From the sequence record DRR723986_1798: DNA of 33,433 bases. The stretch is one strand, 5' to 3'. The position numbers and the translations under genes are program-made. Of the stretch, positions 26,542-33,433 are shown piece by piece. The first letter of the stretch is position 1, and each line of letters starts with the position of its first letter. The notes below the pieces were generated by a model. That model did not search any database and was not told where the DNA came from. It saw nothing but the letters and a program-made list of their open reading frames with translations.

Positions 26542-26888
26542 TGCCCTACGTTCCTCACCGCGGCGATATTGTTCACCTTCAATTCGACCCCGCCAGTGGA
26601 CAAGAAATGAAAGGACCACACTTTGGTTTGGTAGTCAGCAGCAAACCATTCAATCAACGCGGATTGGCGATGATTTGCCCCATATCCCAAGGGGCCGCGG
26701 CCGCAGTACGATCATTCGGTACCGTGGTTACATTGATGGGGTGCGGCAGCGACACGCAGGGTGCAGTGCACTGCCACCAGCTGAAATCACTCGATTGGCG
26801 AGCCCGCAAAGCTGCAAAAAAAGAAAGCGTGCCGCAACATGTTTTAAACGATGTGATGGCACGCCTCGAGGCCATTCTTTTCGAATAG
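26541..26888 (+). CDS. mazF: PemK/MazF-family endoribonuclease toxin (ChpB-like)
   Basis: YVPHRGDIVHLQFDPASGQEM, LVVS...FN...CPIS and QLKSLDWRARKA. Start at ATG 26541, coupled to the antitoxin stop. Confidence 0.9.
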   Translation: MPYVPHRGDIVHLQFDPASGQEMKGPHFGLVVSSKPFNQRGLAMICPISQGAAAAVRSFGTVVTLMGCGSDTQGAVHCHQLKSLDWRARKAAKKESVPQHVLNDVMARLEAILFE

Positions 26889-26909
26889 CCACGCCGGTTT
26901 GTAAAGCTT

Positions 26910-28463
26910 TTATGCGGCTTTGATCGCCATCAAACCGGTGCTGATGTGGTCTGTCACCTTCGGCTTCACCGTTTTGCCATTGCTGGCCGTCAGCACATAT
27001 TCTGCCGGGTTGAAACGTGCAATTCGCATGCGATATTCAGCGTTCAAACCAGGGTACAAAGTGTTGTTGCGGCCATTGGGGCTGAGGTACCAGCTTGCGC
27101 AACCGCTTTTCCACACCGTGTGTTCGCTGCGGAAATCCATGGTATTTACAAACTTCTGTTCCACCTCGGGCTTCACAGAAATGGCTTTCAGCTTGCGCTT
27201 TTGGCGCAACTTGATGGCCTGAATCACATAACCAATTTGCGCTTCTGCATAGGCAATCACAGAGGTGTGGCCTGGGCCAGTAAACGGACCCACGAGGAAG
27301 TACAGGTTGGGGAAACCAGCAGTTGAAATGCCTTGATAAGCTTCGGAACCATCTTTCCACTTCTCATTCAGACTGGCGCCACCGATACCCTTGGCATCAA
27401 TCGGTGAACCCGTGTGGCGCACTTCATAGCCAGTGGCGTAAATGATCACGTCGAGTTCGTGCTCGACACCGTCGGCGGTGCGAATGCCTTTTTCAGTGAT
27501 GCATTCAATGGCATTTGTTTCCAAATGCACATGCTCTTTTTGCATGGTGGGGTACCAGTCGGAACTGACCAACACACGCTTGCAACCGAACTTGAAGGTG
27601 GGCGTCAGCTTCTTGCGCAGTTCAGGGTCTTTCACCTTGCGGGCCAGGTAGCTACTGGCCATTTTCTCGGGCTGGGCCTTGAACATGTCGTACTTCAAAA
27701 TCAAAAACGGTGCTGTCAATTCATTGAACCAATACACGCCCAGGCGGTTCATTTTCATGTTCAGCGGGGTTTTGCGGTTCAGTGCTTTTTCAGCTTCTTC
27801 GATGTTGCGGTCTGGGCGCGGCATAATCCAGTTGGCCGTGCGCTGAAACACCACCAGGTTTTTGACCTTGTCGGCAATGGCGGGGCCAACCTGCACGGCC
27901 GTGGCGCCAGTGCCAATCAGGCCAACACGTTTGCCTTCCAGTTCAACGGAATGGTCCCAAGCGGCGGTGTGCACCGTTTTGCCTTTGAACTTTTCGGCAC
28001 CCTTGAATTCTGCAACCTTGGGTGCGCTGAACGGGCCCACTGCCGTTACCACATTGCGGGCCTGAATGGTTTTGCCATCGGCTGTGGTGATATTCCACAA
28101 ACCAGCTTGCTCATCGAATACTGAACCAGTGATGCTGGTGTTGAATTGAATGTAAGGGTACACACCATACTTGGTGGCGCAGTGGCGCAGGTACTTGTAA
28201 ATTTCGCCCTGCTTGGCGTAGCTGTTGCTCCACTCGGCCCAAGGTTCGAAGGAATAGCTGTACAGGCTGCTTTTAACATCGCAACCACAACCGGGGTAGG
28301 TGTTATCGCGCCAGGTGCCGCCCACATCGTGGCCTTTGTCGAAAATCTTGAAATTGGTTTCACCTGCCTTGAGCAATTGAATACCCATGCCCAGGCCTGA
28401 TACGCCCGCGCCGACGATTGCAACTTCAAGAATGTTTTGTGCTTCTTTTTTTGAGCTGGCCAT
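26910..28463 (-). CDS. Type I Baeyer-Villiger / flavin-containing monooxygenase
   Basis: GAGVSG; GGTWRDNTYPGCGCD; FKGKTVHTAAWD (FxGxxxHxxxWD fingerprint); GTGATA; GCKR; ATG. Start 28463 is preferred over 28523 but uncertain. Confidence 0.92.
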   Translation of the reverse strand: MASSKKEAQNILEVAIVGAGVSGLGMGIQLLKAGETNFKIFDKGHDVGGTWRDNTYPGCGCDVKSSLYSYSFEPWAEWSNSYAKQGEIYKYLRHCATKYGVYPYIQFNTSITGSVFDEQAGLWNITTADGKTIQARNVVTAVGPFSAPKVAEFKGAEKFKGKTVHTAAWDHSVELEGKRVGLIGTGATAVQVGPAIADKVKNLVVFQRTANWIMPRPDRNIEEAEKALNRKTPLNMKMNRLGVYWFNELTAPFLILKYDMFKAQPEKMASSYLARKVKDPELRKKLTPTFKFGCKRVLVSSDWYPTMQKEHVHLETNAIECITEKGIRTADGVEHELDVIIYATGYEVRHTGSPIDAKGIGGASLNEKWKDGSEAYQGISTAGFPNLYFLVGPFTGPGHTSVIAYAEAQIGYVIQAIKLRQKRKLKAISVKPEVEQKFVNTMDFRSEHTVWKSGCASWYLSPNGRNNTLYPGLNAEYRMRIARFNPAEYVLTASNGKTVKPKVTDHISTGLMAIKAA

Positions 28464-28627
28464 GTGGTGTGACTCGTGTTGTGTTGGTTTTCGATGAGAT
28501 GCAGTGTAGGGGTTTGGGTGCAACAGGCGTGAGTGTGAAAAGTGACGACTTTAGAGTCAATTTGGGCCACAAACTCAACCTACTGATGCACAATCAATGC
28601 TCGAAGTAACTTTGCAGCAGGTGATGT

Positions 28628-29056
28628 ATGGAATGGTTTCAAGCACTCACAACTCTGGCCTTGGGTGGTTTGTTCGGCGGTATTCTGGCCTTCTCGGCCT
28701 TGTTTGCACCGCTGGTGTTCACCAAATTGCCAATGGAACAAGCGGGGCCATTCATTCGCGCCGTGTTTCCCTGGTACTACCTGTATGTGATCGTGTTCGG
28801 CTTTCTCAGTGCCATTTTTGCAGGGCTTTCCGGTAGCGGCTTTTGGGTGTTGCTTCCATCGGCTTTGGTCGGTTTGGCCAGCGTGTACACACGGCAAATT
28901 CTGATGCTTCAAATCAATGAACTTCGCGACCGGGAACTGGCTGGGGACACAGCAGCCGGTGCAGAATTCAATCGCAAACACCGGCTTAGCGTGATCATCA
29001 ACAGCGTGCAACTGCTGGTAGCGGGAGCAACCCTGGTGTACTGGGCATGGAACTGA
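28628..29056 (+). CDS. DUF4149-like four-TM membrane protein
   Basis: FAPLVFTKLPMEQAGPFIRAVFPWYY and INELRD...FNRKHRLSVIIN. Confidence 0.78.
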   Translation: MEWFQALTTLALGGLFGGILAFSALFAPLVFTKLPMEQAGPFIRAVFPWYYLYVIVFGFLSAIFAGLSGSGFWVLLPSALVGLASVYTRQILMLQINELRDRELAGDTAAGAEFNRKHRLSVIINSVQLLVAGATLVYWAWN

Positions 29057-30111
29057 AAGACCTGCCGCAGCTTAGGCTGCTGGAACAAACTACAGTGGCG
29101 CAAGCCTACCCGCTGTTTTTCGTGAACTATGCAGTGCAACGCGGCTTTGCGGCCGAGCAAATTCTGGAACACAGCGGGCTGACACTGGCCCAGTTGCAAG
29201 TGCCCAACAGCCGCATCGCTGCTGCCCAGCATGGCATCATCGTGATGAATTTGCTGGCGCTGTTTCAAAGCGAACACATTGCGATCGACATGGGTTTGCA
29301 AAGCAGCCTGACCAAAGCGGGCATGATCGGTTTTGGTTTGATGAGTTGTGCAACCCTGCGTGAGGCCATTGAACTGGGTATTCGCTTTTTGCCCACCAAA
29401 GTGCCGTTCTACACCATCGACACCAGTGAAGACGAACGCACCCTGACGTGCCATGTGCGCGAAGCCATGCCGCTTGAACCCGTGCGCAAATTCGCGATTG
29501 AAAATTTTGTGATTGAAGTGTGGCGGCTGTTTGAAAGCCTCTTCAACCCCATGGGCAGCAAGCGCGAGGTCAGCGGAATTGAATTGTGGTTTGACTGGCC
29601 AGAACCACCCTATTACGCAAGTTACGCCAGCAGCCTGCCCAAGTGCCGATTCAATGCCGCAGGCAACCAAATTCGAATTCCAGGCAGGTGGCTAGACCTG
29701 CCCTTACCCACCGCCAACGCCACCACTGCACAAATGGTGATTCAGCAATGCGAGCAAGAATTGATTGCCCTGGGCCTGGGCGACAATTTAAGCGGGCGCG
29801 TGAAAAACCTGCTGATTTGCCGAGATGGCCGCTACCCACAACTTGAAGACATGGCAGAAACCCTGCACATGTCAGTACGCACATTAAAGCGCAAGCTACA
29901 GAACGAAGGGCGAAGCTTTACAGATTTATTGGGCGAGGTGATTCAACGCGACGCCTGCCTCTTGCTTGAGACCAGCAAGCTGAATGTGGATGAAATTGCG
30001 CAACGTGTGGGTTACCAGGACCGCGCCAATTTCACACGTGCATTCAAAAAACTGACCGGCAAAACACCCAGCGAATACAGGGAGTGGGTAAGCTACGTCG
30101 TCAAGAAATGA
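29047..30111 (+). CDS. AraC-family transcriptional regulator (OruR/VqsM-like N-domain)
   Basis: C-terminal MAETLHMSVRTLKRKL...IAQRVGYQDRANFTRAFKKLTGKTPSEYR; N-terminal GMIGFGLMSCATLREA. Confidence 0.93.
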   Translation: MELKDLPQLRLLEQTTVAQAYPLFFVNYAVQRGFAAEQILEHSGLTLAQLQVPNSRIAAAQHGIIVMNLLALFQSEHIAIDMGLQSSLTKAGMIGFGLMSCATLREAIELGIRFLPTKVPFYTIDTSEDERTLTCHVREAMPLEPVRKFAIENFVIEVWRLFESLFNPMGSKREVSGIELWFDWPEPPYYASYASSLPKCRFNAAGNQIRIPGRWLDLPLPTANATTAQMVIQQCEQELIALGLGDNLSGRVKNLLICRDGRYPQLEDMAETLHMSVRTLKRKLQNEGRSFTDLLGEVIQRDACLLLETSKLNVDEIAQRVGYQDRANFTRAFKKLTGKTPSEYREWVSYVVKK

Positions 30112-30947
30112 CTGACCAACCCTTGCGCATCGGCATCGTGCGGCAGGCTGACATGGTCGGTGCCCTTCACCGTGGCCACCAGGGGCTTCACCGCAAAATG
30201 CTGCATCAAGCGCAATGAGGAATCATGCGGCACCACCTCATCGTTTTCAGCCAACAATACGAAGGTGGGATTACGTACATTGGCGGCACATTCATTCGAT
30301 TTGAACTTGCTGCGCAACAACAGCGACACCGGTGCCAAAGGCACTTTCTTTTTGGCAATGCTGATCAAGCTGTCGTAGGGGGTAAACAGCACCAGCTTGT
30401 GCACGGGCGTGCTGGCAGCGAGTTGCATGGCCACCCCTGTACCCAGGCTGCGCCCGATCACAGAAATTTGATTGCGGTCGCACCAGGGCTGTTCAGCTAC
30501 CCATTTGTAAATGGCACGTGCATCGGCCACCAAATTCTTTTCCGTCGGCGTGCCTTTGGAATTGCCGTAACCCCTGTAATTGAAAAACACCAGGGGCAAA
30601 TTCTTGAAACCTTGCGCTTCATTGAGCAACCAGCGCACGTCTTCACTGCGACCGCCAAAATAAATGGCGCAAGGTGCTTTGCTGCCCGCTCCACCCAAAC
30701 CACTGGGCATGCGCACCCAACCCTCCAATTCAACACCTGGGGCCACCTGCAACCGCAGTTCGGTAAATTCATGCGCGTGCTGGGTCAACGCCTCATGGTG
30801 CTTCAACGCAGGGCTGAAAATATGTTTGGTTTGACTAAAGTAAAGGTAAGTCCAGTACGCCGCAAAACCCATGGAGGCAGACAGCGCCACACGGGGCACC
30901 AAACGCGACTCGGGTGTGCGGATTTGTTTTTCTTGTACATACTTCAT
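30093..30947 (-). CDS. Alpha/beta hydrolase with N-terminal anchor (Bem46/ABHD-like)
   Basis: YFGG, NYRGYGNS, GRSLG nucleophile elbow, DEVVP and DH. Convergent 19-bp overlap with the AraC gene. Confidence 0.9.
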   Translation of the reverse strand: MKYVQEKQIRTPESRLVPRVALSASMGFAAYWTYLYFSQTKHIFSPALKHHEALTQHAHEFTELRLQVAPGVELEGWVRMPSGLGGAGSKAPCAIYFGGRSEDVRWLLNEAQGFKNLPLVFFNYRGYGNSKGTPTEKNLVADARAIYKWVAEQPWCDRNQISVIGRSLGTGVAMQLAASTPVHKLVLFTPYDSLISIAKKKVPLAPVSLLLRSKFKSNECAANVRNPTFVLLAENDEVVPHDSSLRLMQHFAVKPLVATVKGTDHVSLPHDADAQGLVSHFLTT

Positions 30948-31172
30948 GGCGGCACTTCTTTACAAAGGGATGACGGGTTACATTGCTTAGTGTATTGAAA
31001 CCAAACTGTCACAAAGGTTCAAAGTACTTGCAGAAATGGCGTTAAATCAACGTTTGGAGGGAATTGCCCACATGACCTGTCACAATGACAATTCATATTT
31101 CAGGAAATCTTCCCGGGACAAAACAGGGAAACTTCCATAGCGTTGAACGATTAGAAGGGAGAGGACAAGAAC

Positions 31173-32282
31173 ATGAAATTCAAAACAAGCGCAATTGCGT
31201 TGGGTTTAGCTGTGGCATTGGCGGCCTGCTCCAAGAAAGAGGAAGCAGTTGCCCCGGAAGCAGCAGCCCCAGTTGAACAAGCTGCACCACAAGCAGTGGC
31301 CTACGTTACCCACCAAGACGGGCCAGTGACCATTTACTCGTTGGCCGATTATTCCAAGATCGGAGAAATCAATGTGGGTGAAGGTGGCCGTGGTGTAGGC
31401 TTGACCGAAGACGGCAAGCTGCTGGTGGTGGCCGTGAAAGAGACCAAAGACCTGGCAATTGTAGACACCGCCACCAACCAGGTGGTACGCCGTGTGCCTG
31501 TGGGTATCAACCCTGAATTTGTGCGGGTGTTGGGTAACCTTGCATTTGTAGCGTATGAGCCTGCCTCCAAGGGCGGCCCTCCGCCAAAGCCCGGATCAGC
31601 CGAAGCCAAAGCCATTGAAAAAGAACGTGAGGAAGGCGACGAACTACCCGCTCAAGTGGCCATCATCGACTTGGTGAAAGGCGAGAAAATCAAGGAAATC
31701 ACAGCTGGGTTTGAGACTGAAGGCATTGAGTTTTCTGCCGACGGCAAACACATCATTGTGACCAATGAAGCCGATGAAAATGTATCGGTTCACGACATTG
31801 AAACTGGCGAGAAAATCAAACAGATCGACACCGAAAGCTACGGTATTCGCCCACGCGGCGTGAAGCGTTCACCCGATGGCGAGCAATTTGTAGTCACCCT
31901 GGAATACGGCAACAAGATGCTGATCCTGGACAAAAACTACAATGTGATCAATGAAGCCGCCACCGGCGAAGTGCCCTATGGCGTCACCTACACCCGCGAT
32001 GGCTCCGAGATTGTGGTGGCCTTGGCACGTGGTAAAGCGATTCAGGTATTTGATGCAAAGACGCTTGAGCTCAAGCGAGAAATGCCGGTGGGTGAGCGTT
32101 GCTGGCACTTTAGCTTTACGCCCGATGACAAGCAACTGATTGTGGCCTGTGGCCGCAGCAACAACATTCTGGTGTTGGACTACGCCACTGGCAACGTGAT
32201 CAAAGACATCCCTGAGGGCAATATGCCTTGGGGCGTGATGGTGTCACCAAAGTCCGTGGGATCGCTGGATATACCGGGGTAA
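31173..32282 (+). CDS. YVTN/cytochrome-d1-like beta-propeller lipoprotein, probably PQQ-catabolism-associated
   Basis: Lipobox LAAC; Ala/Pro linker; repeated blades (VGEGGRGVGLTEDG, VGINPE, GFETEGIEFSADG, RPRGVKRSPDG, VPYGVTYTRDG, CWHFSFTPDD, MPWGV). Strong ribosome-binding site. Confidence 0.85.
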   Translation: MKFKTSAIALGLAVALAACSKKEEAVAPEAAAPVEQAAPQAVAYVTHQDGPVTIYSLADYSKIGEINVGEGGRGVGLTEDGKLLVVAVKETKDLAIVDTATNQVVRRVPVGINPEFVRVLGNLAFVAYEPASKGGPPPKPGSAEAKAIEKEREEGDELPAQVAIIDLVKGEKIKEITAGFETEGIEFSADGKHIIVTNEADENVSVHDIETGEKIKQIDTESYGIRPRGVKRSPDGEQFVVTLEYGNKMLILDKNYNVINEAATGEVPYGVTYTRDGSEIVVALARGKAIQVFDAKTLELKREMPVGERCWHFSFTPDDKQLIVACGRSNNILVLDYATGNVIKDIPEGNMPWGVMVSPKSVGSLDIPG

Positions 32283-32285
32283 GCG

Positions 32286-32753
32286 ATGAAACGCTCGTTG
32301 ATTGTTGCAGGCTCGATTCTGGTCACTGGTTTACTGTTCAACAGCGCGAGCCATATTGCTTTTGCTGCGGGAGATTTGACCAAACAGGAGCCTGTGTACT
32401 TCACTGTAGAGTTGAGCAACCAGGCTGGTGAGAAAAAATTTTCACCATCCACCCTGCAGTTTGAAACGGGCACCCTGACAGTTTTAAACATTCACAACAA
32501 AGGCGAAAAGTCCTATTACTTTGGTTCCAATGGCCTTGCAGATTCGGTATACACGCGCAAGGTTGTTGTACTCGGATCTGCCAGTGAAACACCGTTGGCC
32601 GAAATTTACGGTCCGGTACGGCGGGTCGAAGTGTATCCGGGGCAGACCGTTCAGTGGTGGTTTGTTCCGATAAGGACAGGCAACTTCAACGACCTGTTTT
32701 CCAGACAGTCTGAGGCAGAAGCAGGCATGAAAGGAACCGTCAAGATCAACTAA
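32286..32753 (+). CDS. Exported cupredoxin-fold-like protein lacking canonical type-1 copper ligands
   Basis: Signal peptide ending AFA; FSPSTLQFETG, VYPGQTVQWWFVP and EAGMKGTV cupredoxin-like segments; no cysteine anywhere in the protein. Confidence 0.7.
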   Translation: MKRSLIVAGSILVTGLLFNSASHIAFAAGDLTKQEPVYFTVELSNQAGEKKFSPSTLQFETGTLTVLNIHNKGEKSYYFGSNGLADSVYTRKVVVLGSASETPLAEIYGPVRRVEVYPGQTVQWWFVPIRTGNFNDLFSRQSEAEAGMKGTVKIN

Positions 32754-32777
32754 AGCTACAAAAACTCAATCCTTTGT

Positions 32778-32860
32778 ACTCCTAAACGAATTTTCCGCGT
32801 TAATCAATGAAACGGTTGCCACCATGCAACACTTTAATGTGATTAACGTGGTTTAGGAGT
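32778..32860 (+). promoter_or_regulatory. Long RNA hairpin covering the ribosome-binding site of the downstream gene
   Basis: ACTCCTAAAC/GTTTAGGAGT, CGCGTTAATCA/TGATTAACGTG and GTTGC/GCAAC nested around the loop CACCAT. Confidence 0.75.
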
Positions 32861-32865
32861 TACCT

Positions 32866-33345
32866 ATGAGACGCGTATTCAATGTAATCGACAGGGGCAT
32901 TGCGAGCAGGCCAACCCCGGCTGAAATGGCGCCAGCCAAACATATAGAGACAGTGCAGGCCGCCTGGGCCGAGGCACTTCGATGCGATTTTGGTCGTGCC
33001 CGCGACGCCATGCTGTGTCGCCTTGCCGAAACCACACAGGAACTTGCCCTTCAATACCCGAACGACGCAAAGGTTCTTCTTTGGAACGGTATTGTGCTGA
33101 CGGGCTATGCAAAATCATTGGGCGGCCTTTGCTCGCTTCACTTTCAAGCCCAGGCCAAAGCTTCTCTTGAGCGCGCCATGGCCTTGGCCCCGAACGACGG
33201 CGCCGCTTATCTTTATTTGGGCTTGTTGTACGATCATGCCCCCGCAGCACCTTACGGGTTTGGCGACGAGACCATTGCGAGATCATTGCTTGAGCAAGGC
33301 CTGAAGCTGACCTTGAATTCAGCCGAGCAAGTGCGCCGGGCATAA
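32866..33345 (+). CDS. TPR-like hypothetical protein
   Basis: AGGAG ribosome-binding site; AKASLERAMALAPNDGAAYLYLGLLY TPR-like helix pair; terminator directly after the stop. Confidence 0.75.
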   Translation: MRRVFNVIDRGIASRPTPAEMAPAKHIETVQAAWAEALRCDFGRARDAMLCRLAETTQELALQYPNDAKVLLWNGIVLTGYAKSLGGLCSLHFQAQAKASLERAMALAPNDGAAYLYLGLLYDHAPAAPYGFGDETIARSLLEQGLKLTLNSAEQVRRA

Positions 33346-33381
33346 AAAAAGGAAAGCCAACTCTGCCTGGCCTTCCTTTTT
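33346..33381. terminator. Bidirectional intrinsic terminator
   Basis: AAAAAGGAAAGCCA-ACTCTGCC-TGGCCTTCCTTTTT between two convergent genes, with A and T tracts on either side. Confidence 0.85.
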
Positions 33382-33405
33382 ACTGCTGCAACAACCGGGA
33401 AACAA

Positions 33406-33433
33406 TTAACGGTTGGCGATGTACATGGTGATT
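33406..33433 (-). CDS. pqqA: Pyrroloquinoline quinone precursor peptide, 3' end only
   Basis: Minus strand reads (xxA) ATC ACC ATG TAC ATC GCC AAC CGT TAA = ITMYIANR*, the characteristic PqqA C-terminus (E-ITM-Y). The partial codon ending in A is compatible with GAA (Glu). Confidence 0.85.

Noticed and set aside
26465..26923. 152-aa ORF overlapping mazEF, and the 26502 start for mazF
   Set aside because: The first is an alternative frame without motifs; the TGATG coupling places the mazF start at 26541.
31173..32282. Nitrite reductase NirS or methylamine dehydrogenase heavy chain call for the propeller
   Set aside because: No CxxCH cytochrome c domain and no nir or mau genes nearby; only the generic propeller fold is supported.

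Overview
Gene-dense bacterial chromosomal window with proteobacterial gene content; it looks Burkholderiales-like, but that cannot be verified from the sequence. From left to right: (1) 1-9047, a surface-glycan locus with three AT-richer GT2 genes, a PglF/E/D/C/A-like bacillosamine-type set and an O-antigen-ligase-family gene; (2) an AI-2E transporter, a GlyGly-CTERM subtilase and a Tat-lipoprotein PhoX with a Pho-box-like promoter; (3) DUF4864-like and IscA/ErpA genes; (4) a conflict-type stretch at about 15.7-23.1 kb with an XRE + AbiEii-like pair and operator palindromes, a small secreted repeat protein, a PAAR-less Rhs toxin with an immunity candidate, and an orphan HipB-like HTH; (5) a ThDP enzyme + aldehyde dehydrogenase pair that may be a 2-oxoacid decarboxylase/SSADH bypass; (6) MazEF, a Baeyer-Villiger monooxygenase, DUF4149-like, AraC and alpha/beta hydrolase genes; (7) a PQQ-associated end with a beta-propeller lipoprotein, a cupredoxin-like protein lacking its copper ligands, a TPR-like gene whose ribosome-binding site is buried in an 83-nt hairpin, and the 3' end of pqqA, which the ORF track misses. 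No rRNA, tRNA, CRISPR array, integrase or transposase was seen. All family calls come from motif recognition by eye, not from database searches.
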